A stretch of DNA of 64,000 nucleotides, taken from assembly GCF_009914755.1 (NCBI RefSeq), contig NC_060927.1. One strand, 5' to 3'. The DNA comes from the human T2T-CHM13v2.0 reference genome, Homo sapiens. Both the position numbers and the translations under genes were made by a program. Below the pieces are notes generated by a model, which saw nothing but the letters and a program-made list of their open reading frames with translations, did no database searches and was not told the origin of the DNA. Numbering within the stretch: the stretch's first letter is position 1; each line of letters opens with the position of its first letter. This document shows, one piece after another, positions 1-18,392 of this stretch.

Positions 1-46
1 GAATCAAATCTGTCTATATAAGGCTTCTGTATCCCGAGAAAAAAAC

Positions 47-50
<4 letters not shown>

Positions 51-92
<42 letters not shown>
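51..92. repeat. (TG)21 microsatellite
   Basis: Perfect dinucleotide run. Confidence 0.97.
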
Positions 93-95
<3 letters not shown>

Positions 96-922
96 ATGCA
101 TGCGTGTATTTTCAGGCTAAAGGGATTAACTTCTCTGGGAGCTGAAAATTCTTCAGGAGTGTTGTGCATATTAGCCTAAGACTCTGCAATAACTGAAATG
201 TGATCCTCTCTTCATTAGCTAATCAGTGGTCTTCCTATTACTTCCTATAGCAGACACTTGTAATTCAGTCTCCTTAATTTTAAATTTCATTTGAAAGGCA
301 ATAGCCTTCCAATACAAGGCAATATTTCCTATGTATGCCCTCTTTAGCCTTCTTTGGAGTGACCTGCATTAGCCTTACCCCCTTTGTTTGGTAGAGAAAG
401 AGACCAGCTGCCCACACTGCTGATTTGTGAACTTCAATTTGTTTCCAAGCTGCCAAATGGCATGGGTAGAGCACCGAACATGAGGCCAGGCCAGGGCTCC
501 ACAGTTGGGAGGGCGGAGAGCTTAGTGCTTGGCAAAGTGCTCTACAGAACTCAGCCAGGCTAACAAAGCACAGAGTACTCTTCCAGGCCAGGACAGGCGA
601 CACTGGGCACATGGAAGTGTCCAGTGGCCTGAAAAACACATCATAGTCTGAATACAGAAGCTCAGAGTGGATTCCAAACTGCCTACCACCAAGGGCATGG
701 TTAGATACGACGAAAAAAGATACTCTTTCAAGCATGGCCAACATCTGACCATTTTAATTTGGAGATCTCTGTCCAGGCCACAGGAGCACAGCTTGTCCAT
801 AATTCTCATATCTTTTTTTTTTTTAGTTATCAGTTTTTATAGAATGTAGCTATGCACCATGTTCTACGAGAGCTATTTGGACCTTGTTCCATTAGTCAGA
901 GCTACCAAATGTTTCCCTTTTC

Positions 923-1310
923 TTTTTTTTTTTTTTTAGGTATGTGAATTTATTTATTTATTTTTATTTTTTTTACAATTTTTTAAGAGTTTTTATTTTT
1001 ATTTATTTATTTTATTATTATTATACTTTAAGTTTTAGGGTACATGTGCACAATGTGCAGGTTAGTTACATATGTATACATGTGCCATGCTGGTGTGCTG
1101 CACCCATTAACTCGTCATTTAGCATTAGGTATATCTCCTAATGCTATGCCTCCTTGCTCTTCCCACACCACAACAGTCCCCAGAGTGTGATGTTCCCCTT
1201 CCTGTGTCCATGTGTTCTCATTGTTCAATTCCCACCTATGAGTGAGAACATGTGGTGTTTGGTTTTTTGTCCTTGTGATAGTTCACTGAGAATGATGATT
1301 TCCAATTTGA
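923..1310 (-). mobile_element. 5'-truncated L1PA (about L1PA3/4) 3' end with compound A-tail
   Basis: L1 3'UTR in reverse (TATACTTTAAGTTTTAGGGTACATGTGCAC...); GAG rather than ACA diagnostic; 16-bp TSD AAATGTTTCCCTTTTC at 907-922 and 1311-1326. Confidence 0.93.
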
Positions 1311-3889
1311 AAATGTTTCCCTTTTCAAAAGGCCATTTTCATTTTCCTCAATGGCAGTTCAAATTTATTTTTATTAGAAGTGAAAAATTTTGTGCCTCTC
1401 TCAAGCCCATTTCTCATCCTTAGAAGCACATTTTCCTCTTTAATCTTTGGATGAGGCTCAGATTTGGAGTTTCCTCACCATCTAGGGCAATGTGTGCTTG
1501 TTTAGAAGAAGAGGTGATCTGGAGGCAGAGGCCATGGCATGAATTGAATGAAGTCACCTCATGATTTTTCTCAACACTTACTCTGTTCCACTTCAGTCTC
1601 ATCACCTCAACACTAAGAGGAGAGGCTTCCATCTTCCCCCCAATCAGCCTGGTCTTGCCTTTGCAAATATTCCAGGTGGAAGTAAACCTAGGGTTTAATT
1701 AGGACTGCAATGACAAGATTTATGAGACCATTTCATTTCCCTAAAACCCCACTGTAGCTTCATGAGATGCATGCAAAGAGGCAGTGTTTGCAGGGATAAT
1801 CTGAGACTGGAATCTCAACGGCACATTGTTTATCTTGGATTGAAAACTCAACCGGCAGGCAGTGATCTAGGATATGTAGAGGAAAAGTCACATTTGCTAT
1901 ACCTGTGTTTCTTCTGTAATGTAGCAACACATACCCAAAGGGCATGTAACTGCTCTCCTTGGTATTTTGAGAAGCTGTGTGTTGGGCTCTAGTTAATAAT
2001 TATTTCCCACAATTTAATTAAAACTGGAAGGCAAAGATAATCTCCTCCTTCACAGCTTTACTTACATGTTGCATCTGATTCCAGGATATCAGCTTCTGGA
2101 GTCTGGAATCATGAAGTCTGGAAGCAAAGAGCTCTTCCTCTGAGCCAGTTAAGGCTATCGAAGATAAGAACCAGTTTCCCTAGCTGAGTTGGTGGTTTTT
2201 TGTTGCCTCTCAAACCTCATTTGGAGGCTCATCTTGCTCTGTGTTCTTCAAGAAGTCCTGTCTAGGCTGGAAGTCCCTCTTCCGTAAACTGGGTCACAGC
2301 AACAGAGCACACAGCTGTGAAAACACAAGGGCAAGATCTGCCGGACTTGGGAATATCTCCCTTTGAAGGTGACAAGGCAGAGACTAAATCAGGAACATGC
2401 TCACACTTGCTCCCCAAACTGAGAGCCTCAGAGAGAGGTTGGCTTTCTGAAGGTTCTCACCTCGTGTCTCCACACCTGTGTCCTGTGGATCCACACACAG
2501 TTGTCTCAAATACGCTTTGCGATATATTTGGAAAAGAGATTTTTACAAGCTCCATTTGTCTTATTTTGTGATTACCCACTGTGCAACTTACTTTACATCT
2601 CCAACTTCCTCCTGCATCCTAGGGAAATGCAGTCTCGCAATGGGAAACAGAGTCCCTCTGCCACCCTGTGTTGGTCACTGGGTGAGCAAAGTCAGCCGCC
2701 CAGGTGAACCAGAACCTGCAGACCCCCTTAATAAGCCAAGCCCCGCCTGTCAGGTTGACAGCGGAAGGAGACACTTGGTGCGGGGAGATGTAGCTGGGCT
2801 TGGTAGCCCTGATTGTAGTCTTCTTATGTTTACATCCCCTTGAAGATTCCCGGCAAGTCACCACTCTCCTCACCACAGTGGCTTCATGGAGTGCCATTCC
2901 CCTTCCAAATCCTAATGACTTGTAGCTTTTCACTTATTTCCCTATGCGCAGCTGTTGGCAACAGGTGGGAATATTTAACCGAGACTCTACAACAAGCTCC
3001 TGGATAACACTAAGGAATAAACACACAGTAACTGGCAGCTCAATCGATCTGGGACTCCTACTTGGGGCCTCCTGGACCACCTCCATCATCAGCGGCCATC
3101 CCCACTGACCACTCTCACCAGCACACCCAAGTCCCTCAGGTCCAAGCTCTTCCCAAGATGCCAGCCCTCTTCAGTCCCAAGTCCTCCTTCCAAGGAACTA
3201 TGTCTGGTCAGATGACCATCCCCTTCCATGGGTGATGCCCCTCCCTTCCCTTCTCAGGATACGTAGCCCCAACCCTCACTATCAAAATCCATCCTCTGCT
3301 GTGTGCACTGAGTAGGGGGCTGAGAGATAGAATGAAGAGCAGGTGAAAAGGCGGGAGACATTTTGTTCCAGAAGTAGTGAGTAGTAGTAAGTAGAAGTGG
3401 TGAGATATGGAATGTCCAGTAAATCTCTCCTCCCTTCCCTCATCATTTGCCAAACTACATCACACAAACCTTCTTCTGTAAGCACCTAGCTAGAAGATTG
3501 AAGATCTCTGTTAAAAAGAATTCATTTTCACAACTGATATAACATATTTAATCATTAACAATAATTCTTTAATGCCCTACACTCTTTTGTCATTGTCTCT
3601 TTTCTTGCCTGCCTCCTCTTCATGATGCAACCGCCTGGGGGAAAGATCTGTGGGTCTTTTTTTCTTTTTAATGTCCATTGCCTAAAATACAGTGTTGCCT
3701 AAAAAAGCATGACAACGAATAAATCTTAGGCACTCTCAGCCAGCACTGCATGAGGGAGTCCTGACCAGCAGGGGTTATTTTATGATTGTCCTGTTTGGAA
3801 CCTGAAGCCTGGAATGAAAATAAATTTAGACTAGAAAGCATTCAATAATTAAACTTTAGTAACTTATATTGTAGATAGCAAAACATCCA

Positions 3890-3992
3890 ATTAAAAAATT
3901 TATGAGTGCCAACTGTGTGTCTGGCTTGTGCTAGCTGCTGAAGATAAAGATAATAAGACTCGGCCCCTGCCCTCAAGGGGCTTACACTCCAG
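3890..3992 (-). mobile_element. L2 fragment
   Basis: TTTATGAGTGCC..CTGTGTG..CCCTGCCCTCAAGGGGCTTAC resembles the L2 3' end. Confidence 0.6.
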
Positions 3993-3994
3993 AG

Positions 3995-7520
<3,526 letters not shown>

Positions 7521-7530
7521 TTACTTTCTG

Positions 7531-7752
7531 CATAGTAGGGTGACTATAGTTAACATAGTTAACAACAATGTATTGTATATTTCAAAATAGGTGGAAGAGA
7601 GGATTTGAAATCTTCCCAACACAGAACTAATAAATGCTCACTGTGCTGGATATCTTAAATATTCTAATTTGACTATTACATGTTCTATGCATGTAACAAA
7701 ATATCACATGTACCCCAGAAATATGTACAAACATTATGTGCCAATTAAAAAA
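7531..7752 (+). mobile_element. L1MA/L1MB-type 3' end
   Basis: GGGTGACTATAGTTAAC..AATGTATTGTATATTTCAAAATAG..CACATGTACCCC..A-tail. Confidence 0.8.
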
Positions 7753-8262
7753 CCACAAACGGCAAAACCAGCTTTGGTGCTCACACACTTCCCGGTGTTT
7801 CCGGTTTCACTTAATTTTAGATTTTGCGGAATCCTTATTTTTGCATCAGCTCAGGAATGTGTTTAAAACTTCTCTATTTTGTCCATTATTTTAATATCTA
7901 ATCTATCACTCTGTTGAAACAGAAAATTTCCAACTTTTATTTTATGTTTGTCATTATGTATTTTGGTTTCCCCATGTGATGGGAGAATTTCTATTTCATT
8001 AAATTTAATTTAGTTTTATTCTATTTGATTTAATTTAATATTCCATTAAATATATATCATAATTTATAAACTTATCTTCTGTTAAAGGTTTATATTTTAT
8101 ATTTTCATAATTATGAAAAATGCTGCAACAAACATTTACATATGTTTTCATGTGCATGGGTATATTTTAAATATGTATAACTAGTAGTTATGGCTAGATG
8201 TTATGGGTAACATTTTGTCCTCCAAAAACTAGTACCTCAGAATATGACCTTATTTGGAAATA

Positions 8263-8914
<652 letters not shown>

Positions 8915-9279
8915 CAGTCATTGCAGATGTATTTAGTTCAGTTAAGATGAGGTCACATTGAAGTAGGGTGGCTCCTAATCTCATATGACTGGTGTTTGTC
9001 TAAGAAGATGGCAGTGTAAAGATACAGAGACACAAGGAGAATGCAATGTGAAGATTGAGGTGGAGATTATGCTGCCTCCAGCCCGCAAACATCCAGAGCT
9101 ACTAAAAGCCAGAAAAGGCAAGGAAGGGTCTTCCTCTAGAGGCTTCGGAAGGCACCACACAACTGACATCTTGAATTTGGACATCTAGCCTCCCGAACTG
9201 TGACAGAATAAATTTCTATTGTTTAAACCAGCTGGTTGGTGGTGGTGCTTTGTTACGGCAGCACTAGGAAATTAATATA

Positions 9280-11600
9280 CTAGGTTGCAGAGTATGTGCA
9301 TATTCAGTTTTAGTAGATTCTATCTCATGCTGTCTAAAGTGGTTGTACCAATTATATTTCCATTAGCAGTGTATAAATAGTCCCATTGCTCCTTATTCTC
9401 GCTAATATATAGTATTATTAGACTTTTAAAACTTTTCTAATTTGTTAAGTGTGAAATAGTATTTTGCTGTTATTTTTAACTTTTATTTCCCCAATGACCT
9501 ATAATATTGAACATTTTTTTCTTGTGCATTTTCCTATCAGACTTATTTTTTATGGATTGCCAGTTTATAAATTTCCCCTTTTTTCTTAATTGTTTATTGT
9601 TACTGATTCGTAGAAATTCTTCATATATGTGAGACCAATCCTTTGTTAGTTACAAGAGTCACAGATATCAATCTTCACCTCATGGCTTTCTATTTCCCTT
9701 TATTTTTGGTGTCTTTTGATGAACAAAATTTCTTAATTTTGATGTGTTGAATATATCAATACTTTTCTTCATGATTTGTGCCTTTTGTGTTTAAGAAATT
9801 CTTTCTTACTTTTAAGTCATACAAATATTCTACTAATATTTTTTCTAAAACTTATAATTTTGTATTTTTCAGATTAAGCCATTGTTCCATTGAAATGATT
9901 TTATTACCATTGATAGAGTAGTCCATCTTTTCCTTCATTGACTTCTAAGCATACATTAAGTATTTATACAAGTATGTTTCTATTTCCAAGTTATCTATTC
10001 TGTTCCATTTCTCTATTTTTCTATTGCTTTAGCAATATCACACAATCCTAAGAACTATTGTTGTTCATTTTATGACTTTTTGTCTGGGATACTCAACAGA
10101 AAATTCCCCAGACTTTCTTATTTTCTAAGATAAGCATTAAAGGCTATTATTTCTAAATTCCATTCAGCTTCATTCTGTAAGTGTTGATATGTAGTATTTT
10201 CACTGTTGTTCAGTTCTAAATGTTTTCTAATTTGTATTTTTACTTTCTCTTTTATCTATTGGCCATGTAGAAGATTTTCCCCTCAATTTCCAAATATGTG
10301 CATATTAAAAATTGTTATTAATTGTATTTTGGTATAATAGTAACAAAAATATTGTCTACATAATAGAGATTCCTTAGTATTTGTTGAGATGTGCTTTATA
10401 AATAGCTAACTTGTGCCTGAAGATAAATTGTTTCCTTTAATTGTTAATTGCTAGGTTTAAATTTGTCCATTTGAGCAGTTGTTAATAGTGTTGTTCAAAT
10501 TGTCTCTATTGTTACTAACGTTTATTGTTTTGGTCCATACATTGCAAAATGAAGTACATTAACATCTTTTATTATGACTGTGAATTTGTGAGTCTTTTAT
10601 TCTGTAAATTTTTGCTTTTCTGTATATTTTGAGATTATGTTACTAAGTGCATGGAGGATTAGAACTGTTATGTCTTTCTGACAAATTGAACATTTTACCT
10701 TTATATAGTGATCCTCATTAATTTTAGAACTTTTTTGCCTTAAATTTTATTTTATGTGAAAATAAAAAGCAACACTTATGATCTATATATATGTATACAC
10801 ACACACATATATGTGTATACACAATATAATACATATGTAAATATATATGCATACTCACATATACATTGTACATTTCAACTTTTCTGTGTACTTATATTTT
10901 CAGTGTGCCAATTGCAAACATATGATAGCATTAAAATATATCTAACTTCAGAATCTCTATTATTAATACATAAGTCTAATCCTTCCCTTTTTAGTGTGGT
11001 ACATAGGAACTTATCATATCAATTTATTTTGTTCTAATAAACCTGCTTTTCTATTCTTCACGTTTTATTCCTTTACTATCATTTATTGGATGGGTTTCCT
11101 TTCATTCCCCTCTTCTTCTTGATTTTTTGGAAACTATTTGTTCTCTATCTAATCTTTAACTGTTCACCCTTAAAATCTTGACAAGAACACTTGCATGAGA
11201 AAAGTCTGAAAGTATTCTATATCTTTACTCTCCTTTTGAACAATATATGGAACCTAGGATATTTTAATCTTGATCCCTCTATTTTAGTTTTCATGTTACT
11301 TTTGTCTAGTATTTTGTTCCTATTTTGCTTACATCCCATGCAAATTACTCATTATTTAACTCTTATTTTAATTTTGTTTAAATCTTGTTTAGATCAATAT
11401 ATCTTTGTTGTTCACGATGCCTTCTTTCATCTTAAGGTTTTCTTTCATGATGGCCTGTTGGTTTTAAATGAGCACGGGGTATCTAAGAATGTCTAGATAT
11501 CATATTCACTTTTGAGTGACAGCTTAAATATTTAAATAATTTATTAATTACAGACCTGTTTTAAGCACTTTGATGATACAGGCATCTAGTGAATTTCTAT
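9280..11600 (-). mobile_element. Ancient L1M fragments (continuation of the L1 at ~8060-8198)
   Basis: Degenerate antisense L1 motifs (GTGGTTGTACCAATT..CAGTGTATA), very T-rich. Confidence 0.6.
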
Positions 11601-12469
11601 GAAGAGTGTAAAGGAAACCTTAATCTTTGTTTGCAAAGTACAAAGTTTCATATTCATGTATATGAATTGTATCATATAAATACTCAAAAATCCTTAATCA
11701 TTGTTTATGTAGCTCCTCTTTGACGTTTCCCCCCCTCTTTCTTCCACTCACTCTCTCTCTTACTCCTCCTAGTTCAGCATTAAATCAATCTCTAGACCAG
11801 TTTTAAGGAAATGTATTTAGAATGGATTTTAGTAGTCTGCTTTAAGAGTATTCATCCCTGAATCCTAAAGTCAAAAAATAGCTGGATATCTTTTACCATA
11901 AAGTCAGCCTCCAATATTCAGTTACTTATAGACTAAAGCAGGAATGAAGCCACACTTTGCCCTTTAGGCATGGCATTGGGTGTTTAAGGTCCTTCAATTC
12001 CCCCACGGGCAAATACATACCGTTTATCATGTGCCATCCACTCTACACCACTTTTTGGCATTCCCAGATGTTATAGAACATTGTATGAAGATGATATAAT
12101 ATATCCTGTCCCCTTTGGACACATGATTCATGACACATAACCACGCCAACCTGGAAAAAAATTTCTTAAATACTGAGAAATGAAAGACATAAAACTTTAA
12201 AATTACTTAGGTGAAATGATTTCCTTGGAGCAGTCTAGCAAGTCAGCTTGTCGATCTTAGACTAGAAGGCTCTGAAGAGCAGGCATAGGCTGCTTTTTGA
12301 GTTGGGAAAGCAAATGAACGTTTAACCCTTCTCTTCTCTTTCATAGGGATCTCTCCATTGGGGTGTTTGTGTGGAAGGCATTTCCTGACTCCTAGCTCAG
12401 TCAGCTCCAGGCATTTTAAGCACTGGTGTTTGTGCACTCTACTTATTGACTCTGACTATGTACCAAGAC

Positions 12470-12615
12470 ATGATATAGAAAAAGAGTTCTGAACCAGGAC
12501 TCAAGAAAACTAGAATCTAGCCCAGGCTGTGTGAGCTTAAGCCAGTGATGTAACCTCTCTTTGCATCCATTTCCTTATGTATAAAACGAAAACAGTATCT
12601 GTACTACTCACCCTT
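12470..12615 (+). mobile_element. MIR fragment
   Basis: GCTGTGTGAGCTT..AACCTCTCT..CATTTCCTTATGTATAAAA core. Confidence 0.55.
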
Positions 12616-12816
12616 TAAAATGCTTTCTTACTTAACACCACCCTCCCACCCATGAGTATGAATTTTGCAGTATCATGCTCAAGCTACATGAAAATATAAG
12701 TTCTAGATTTTTATAAGAAGAATATACATTTAAGTGATTTTTCAATAGGATGTTTATGTCAATAGTCAAAAAAGAGGGATGCAGGACAAAACGTGCTCTG
12801 CTCAGAGAAGGTAAAC

Positions 12817-13280
12817 CATTCATTCATGCATTCATTCATTCACTCAGTAAATAACTATCTAGCACCCATGTGTCAGGCACATGAGTCTCGCCTCTCCTGC
12901 AATTTAGGTTCTATTGGGAGGAGGCTGGAAATAAATGAGCAAGTAAACTTTCAAGAAAATATCAGCAAGGAGTGATTACAGAGAATTAAAAAAGAAACGC
13001 TATATAGAGTAATGGAATGACTTCCCTGGAGAAGTGACATTTAAAATGAAACCTGAATGCCATGTGATGTAAGAGGGAAGTACAATCCCAGTTTAAAGCA
13101 AAGGCAGGAAAGAGCTGGTTATGTTCAAAGGACCAAAGGCCAGTAGGCAAGGTGGGAGAGGTCAGAGAAGCAGGCAGGAATAATCAAGTTGGGCTTTGTG
13201 AGTTAGACTAAAATGGTTTAATTTTTTTTTTTTTATTTTAAGAGTGATGAGAAGCCTCTTGAAGACTTTAAGATAAGCAA
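12817..13280 (-). mobile_element. L2 3' fragment
   Basis: (CATT)n tail then AGCACCCATGTGTCAGGCAC; GAGAAGTGACATTT..ACCTGAATG. Confidence 0.65.
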
Positions 13281-13367
13281 GTGCTTGGGGAGGTAGAAAA
13301 AATATTTATTTTGGAAGTAAGACTGAGAAGGTTATTTGGGGAGAAAGAGGAAGAGACTGTAGGTAGG

Positions 13368-13744
13368 TGTATTAGTGTGGAGGGCTGCATAACAAAATAC
13401 CACAGACTGTGTGGCTTAATAACTTATTTTCTGACAATTTTGGAGGTGGGAAGTTCAAGATCAAGGTGTTGGCAGGGTTGGTTTCTTCTTAGGCCTCTCT
13501 CCTGGGCTGGTAGATGGCTGTCTTTTCTCTGTCTTCACATTATATTTCCAAATCTCCTCTTCTTAGAAGGAAAGGCACCAGTCATATTAAATTAAGGCCC
13601 ACCTTAATAACCTCACTTTAACTTAATTACCACTTTAAAGGCCATATCTTCAAATACAGTCATATTCTGAATCATATTCTGAGGTACCAGTGGTTAGACC
13701 TTCAACACAAGACTTTTTGAGAAACACAATTCAGCCCCACTACA
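13368..13744 (-). mobile_element. MLT1A-like MaLR LTR
   Basis: TGTATTAGT..CATAACAAAATACCACAGACTG..TCAAGATCAAGGTG..CACAATTCAGCCC..ACA; TSD GTAGG/GTAGA. Confidence 0.85.
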
Positions 13745-14329
13745 GTAGAGGGTCTAGCGTGAGCAAAGGTGTAGAAGCAGGATTGGTGTGGTCCCTATTG
13801 AAAAACAGTGGAGTCCCCAGACTGGCTGGAGCAGAGTTTACATAAAATGGAGTCACAGGAAATCAGGTTATCAATGGAAGTTGAGGCCAGGCTGGTGAGG
13901 GACTTGAATTTTTGTTAAGCAACTTTGGCCTTCTGCAGTAAGTCTTGATGAGTCTTGGAAAGTATCTGAGCAGTGTAGGAGAGCTAGGTATTGATGATCA
14001 AACCACTGGTTATGTGAAAGCCTTGCAGGAGAGGATGGAGTCAGGAGACAGCCTGAGGTGTGGAGCTTGAGTCAGGCCCTTAGGGACAGAAAGGAAATAA
14101 AAGAGAAAGGAACATCTCTAGGGAAGATCTCCAGTACCAACTGAGACAGTGGGGAAACAGGATTCCAACCTGGGAAACTTCAGAGAATCACTGAAAGACA
14201 ACGACTTCTGTGTAAAACCTGGGATTATGGCCAGAATGAGTCAGGGTAGTGCATTTGGTCTCTGTACAAACCCTGCACCTACAGCTGTGGTGGAGGCTGG
14301 ACACATTGCCTCACTTGGCTGGAAAAACA

Positions 14330-14545
14330 TGGCTTCAGAGTCAGACAGGACCCAGACAATTCAAATTCCAGCTTCTTCATTTTTAGCAGTGCACCTTAAT
14401 TTCTTTGAGCAAGTTGCTGAATCTCTTTGAAACTTAATCTCCCTAGATGTCCAATGGAAATGATAAATCACCTTTCTAGACTTTTGGAGGGTTGAAGTAA
14501 TATGTGCAGTGTCTGGCTCATCGTAGGTGCTCAATAAGTGGTAGG
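14330..14545 (+). mobile_element. MIR
   Basis: GAGTCAGACAG..TTCAAATTCCAGCT..CTTTGAGCAAGTT..TAGGTGCTCAATAA. Confidence 0.65.
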
Positions 14546-14899
14546 TTCCTTCTCATCTCCCTTAGTGGAACAAAGCCCTGGAATGACACAGAGCAGATAG
14601 ATTTAGGTACTTGAGACACATCTGAATTGCTCTGGCAGGGCACGTGGGCTGGTGCTTCCTGTGGCAGGATTGGCAAAGGTGCTGGTGGGGCTGGAGCTTC
14701 TGTGGTGTCATGTGTGTCCATATCTGTCCACGTTTTACCTGCATAGAAAACACCAAATACTGGATCAAGTCAGGCAAAAGGCTATCCACAACCTGTGTGG
14801 CCCTGGGTGAGTGTCCATTGTAACTATCAATGGCCCTATTTACTGTATCCCTACCATCTGGCATGGAAAGAATTCAGCAGTTTACAGTTCATTTTACTC

Positions 14900-15055
14900 T
14901 GAAAACAACCTGCTTCATTAGTCTAAGTTTATAGATGAGGAAACTGAGGTTCAGAGTAAGTAGCTTTCTCGAGTCAGACATCATTAGAAAACAGGAAAGC
15001 TAGGTTTGCAACTTAGGTCTGTCTGATTCTAGAAATCATTTTCTTTCCACTAAGC
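14900..15055 (-). mobile_element. MIR
   Basis: TTTATAGATGAGGAAACTGAGGTTCAGAG..AGGTCTGTCTGATTCTAGA. Confidence 0.65.
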
Positions 15056-15192
15056 TCTACTTATTCCTTGCCTTGGCTTCTACAAGTCTCAACATCTGAG
15101 CTACAAAATAGGACTAATTACACATGACTTGCCTCGAAATATAATATTTATCTTTTCCCAGCCTTTGTTGTAGGGAACAAATGAAAATAAAT

Positions 15193-15682
15193 ATGTTCTA
15201 TTTCCTCTAGATGTATTATAAATGACACCAAAACTTAGTGGTATAAACAACCATTTGATTACATTCATGGATTCTATGGGTCAGGAATTTGGGCAGGGCA
15301 TAGTGGGAAGAATTATTTGGAACTTTCAGGATAACTCAAATGTTGGACTCAGCTGGGGCTGTAAACTACTTATATACAGCCTTTCTGCATGGCCTGTGAT
15401 CCTTAAAACATGGCGGCCTTAGCGTAGTTAGAATTCTTACATGGAGGCTCCAGCCTCCATATGTGAGCATCCTAGCAAGCAAGGCAAATGCTGCATCACC
15501 ATTATTATCTAGTCTGGGAAGTCACACAGCATCACTGCTGGTGCAGTCTACTGATAGAAACAATGCTCAGATTCAAGGCTGTTTGGATTCAAGGAGAAGA
15601 GATATAGATTCCATCTCTCAATGGAGGAAGAGCCACAGAATTTTATGGCTGCTTAAAAAAACAAACAAGCAAAACACCACAG
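15193..15682 (-). mobile_element. Old MLT1 (F/G/H-like) LTR
   Basis: CCAAAACTTAGTGG..TAAACAACCATTT..GATTCTATGGGTCAGGAATTTGGGCAGGGC. Confidence 0.7.
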
Positions 15683-16406
15683 GGCATAAAATTCCAAGGA
15701 AAGTATACATAAGTGTACTGGAATAATGCCTTGCTATTATTAATGATATCTTTGTTTTCAGCCAGGGCACTCCACCTTGCCAAGCATAAAACACTCATGT
15801 CCAAACAATGCTGAACTGGATTTGGTTGTGAACAAGCTTTTTTTTTTTTTTTTAACTTTTTCCTGAAGAGAAATGCCTAAACTTTTTTTAAAAGAAGTTC
15901 CTTTGGCAGCAACAGCGTAAAAACTTCCAAGAACAATGTTAAAAAATCTGCAAACTGTCCAGTTGTTCAAGCGTCATGAAGCCCCAGTTTTACCTGTCAA
16001 GATGGGAAAAAAGAATGACAAATGACTCTAGTTCTGTAAAGATCAGCTTTTCAACCTTTCTTTTAAAGTTAAGTACTTTTAGTTGAATTAAATCTGGGTC
16101 ATGGAGAAAGCCTCAGTTTAATTTTCTTTTTAAAAATAAGTTTCCATAAGTATATATAATTTATTTATTTTCTTTGATTACCCAGCTTAAATTATTTAGG
16201 GCCTGTGTTTTGGTGCTTAATTGGGCAACGCATTAATGATCCTGGTGAAATGAGAGGAAATGGCTATGTTTATATGGGGCCTATGCCAGTTAGATTCTAT
16301 TTTCTGGAATAGGGGAGTTATTTATTTATTAAGAACTATTGACCCAGATAAATTACCTGAGATTCATTATTACACTGCCAGGTGGTGCCCCAGACTTGAG
16401 GCTTAG

Positions 16407-16730
<324 letters not shown>

Positions 16731-17111
16731 CTGTTCACCATTTTTTGAATAAAGTCTTTAGAGGAATATGCCACAATACTAAGTCCAGAATAAGTAATGG
16801 ATATTCAGAGATTTGTATCTCTACTTTGGTGACAGTTGGCTATTTAAATTGGTCCTTAATCAGAGGTAGTGATAGATAAAGGTTTTTTAAAAATCAAATC
16901 CCCAAAGCTATCTTTTCTGATTTGAAACTATTTTTTGTTGCTTACTTATCCCGCATGCCTCTCCCAAAGTCATGATGTGTGGGAGAAAGATGAAATTTGG
17001 AATTAAGCAGACATGAATTGATATTCTGCACAATTATGCAAATATGGATAAGTTGCTCAAACTTTCTGAGCCAGTAATCTGATTATGATTAAATAGGGAA
17101 AATAGCACAAT

Positions 17112-17525
17112 TGTCTTAGTCAATTTTCTGTTGCTTATAACAGAATACCTGAAACTAGGTAATTTATAAAGAAAACAAATTTATTTCTTAAAATTATGGA
17201 GGCTGAGAGGCCTGAGGTTGAGAGTCCAAATCTGGTGAGGTCCTTCTTGTTCATGTGGATTCTGTAGAGGTGGCAAAGGGCATCACATCATGTAATAGCT
17301 CAGGTCTCTCTACTTCTTGTTATAAAACTACCAGTCCCATTCCCATGATAACCCGTTGATCTATTGACACATTAATATATTAATCTATGCACAGATTAAT
17401 CTATTCATGAGAGCAGAGCCATCATGAACCAGCCCCCTGCCAAATGTCTCACCTCTCAATACTGCCACATTGAGGATTAAGCTTCAACATGAGTTTTGGA
17501 GGGGACACATATTCAAACCACAGCA
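17112..17525 (-). mobile_element. MST (MSTB/C-like) MaLR LTR inserted in a MIR
   Basis: TGTCTTAGTC..ATAACAGAATACCTGA..TAATTTATAAAGAAAA..CAACATGAGTTTTGGAGGGGACA..TTCAAACCACAGCA. Confidence 0.85.
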
Positions 17526-17959
17526 CACTTGTTGCAAAGATTAAAGAAGGTGTAGGTGTGGAATGTATATCCTCCATTGTAAAGCCTGGCATGGAAAGAA
17601 TGAGGACTCATTAACTGTTAGGTTGCTTTACCCCATCTTTTGCATCTGCAATGGCCCAGCAGAAGCAGACAGCACAGTAGTGCTCCATACAAATGATGTG
17701 GACTTAAAAGCTCTTATGTCTGAGTATTTCTAAGGCTGAACTTACTTACTTTTATCTCCTCTAAGGCAGGTCATTGTTGCCTGTTCCCCAAATGAATCAA
17801 ATCAAATGTGTGACTGGCACACTTGTTTTCAGAGATATAGGAAGTAGGATAAGGGGAAGACATTTTTACATTTATTGAACATTGACTATGTGCAACATAC
17901 TGTTTAACATATTTTTAAAATTTACTTCTTGTAATGATCTTATGAAGTAGGCATAATGC

Positions 17960-18392
17960 TGCTCAATCAATTGCTCCAGAACATAATGAATTAATGCAAA
18001 AACCACTTATTGTATCTCATAAGTCAGCTGGATAGTTCTGATGTGAGCCAGGCTTGGCTGATCTTGGTTGAGCTTACCTGGGCTTGCTCATGTGTCTGTG
18101 GTTAGCCAGCCTGTAGGCCAGTTGGTTCTGACCAGCCTAGTGTGACCTTGGCTGTCTGAAACAGCTCAGTTCTACTCCATGCAGTCTCCTACCCTTCTGC
18201 AGGTTAGCTTAGGCTTGTTCTCATGTCAGCAGCAGGGATTCAAGGCAGGAAGAAGCAACATGCATGCCACTGTCCCACTGACCAAAGCAAATCATATGGC
18301 CTAGCTCAGAGTTGGGGTGGGAGGGCACATCCAAAGGAAACAGATTCAGAGAAGCATGGACAAATGGCCATTAGTGCACTTGATCTACCACA
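17960..18392 (-). mobile_element. Old MLT1 (I/J-like) LTR inserted in a MIR
   Basis: GGCTTGGCTGATCTTGG..GCTCATGTGTCTG..CCACTGACCAAAGCAAATCATATGGCC..ATCTACCACA. Confidence 0.65.

Noticed and set aside
923-944. Perfect polyT-AG|GTATGT recursive-splice-like motif
   Set aside because: About 19.6 kb upstream of the CLSTN2 promoter, outside the transcription unit, and a by-product of the L1 tail.
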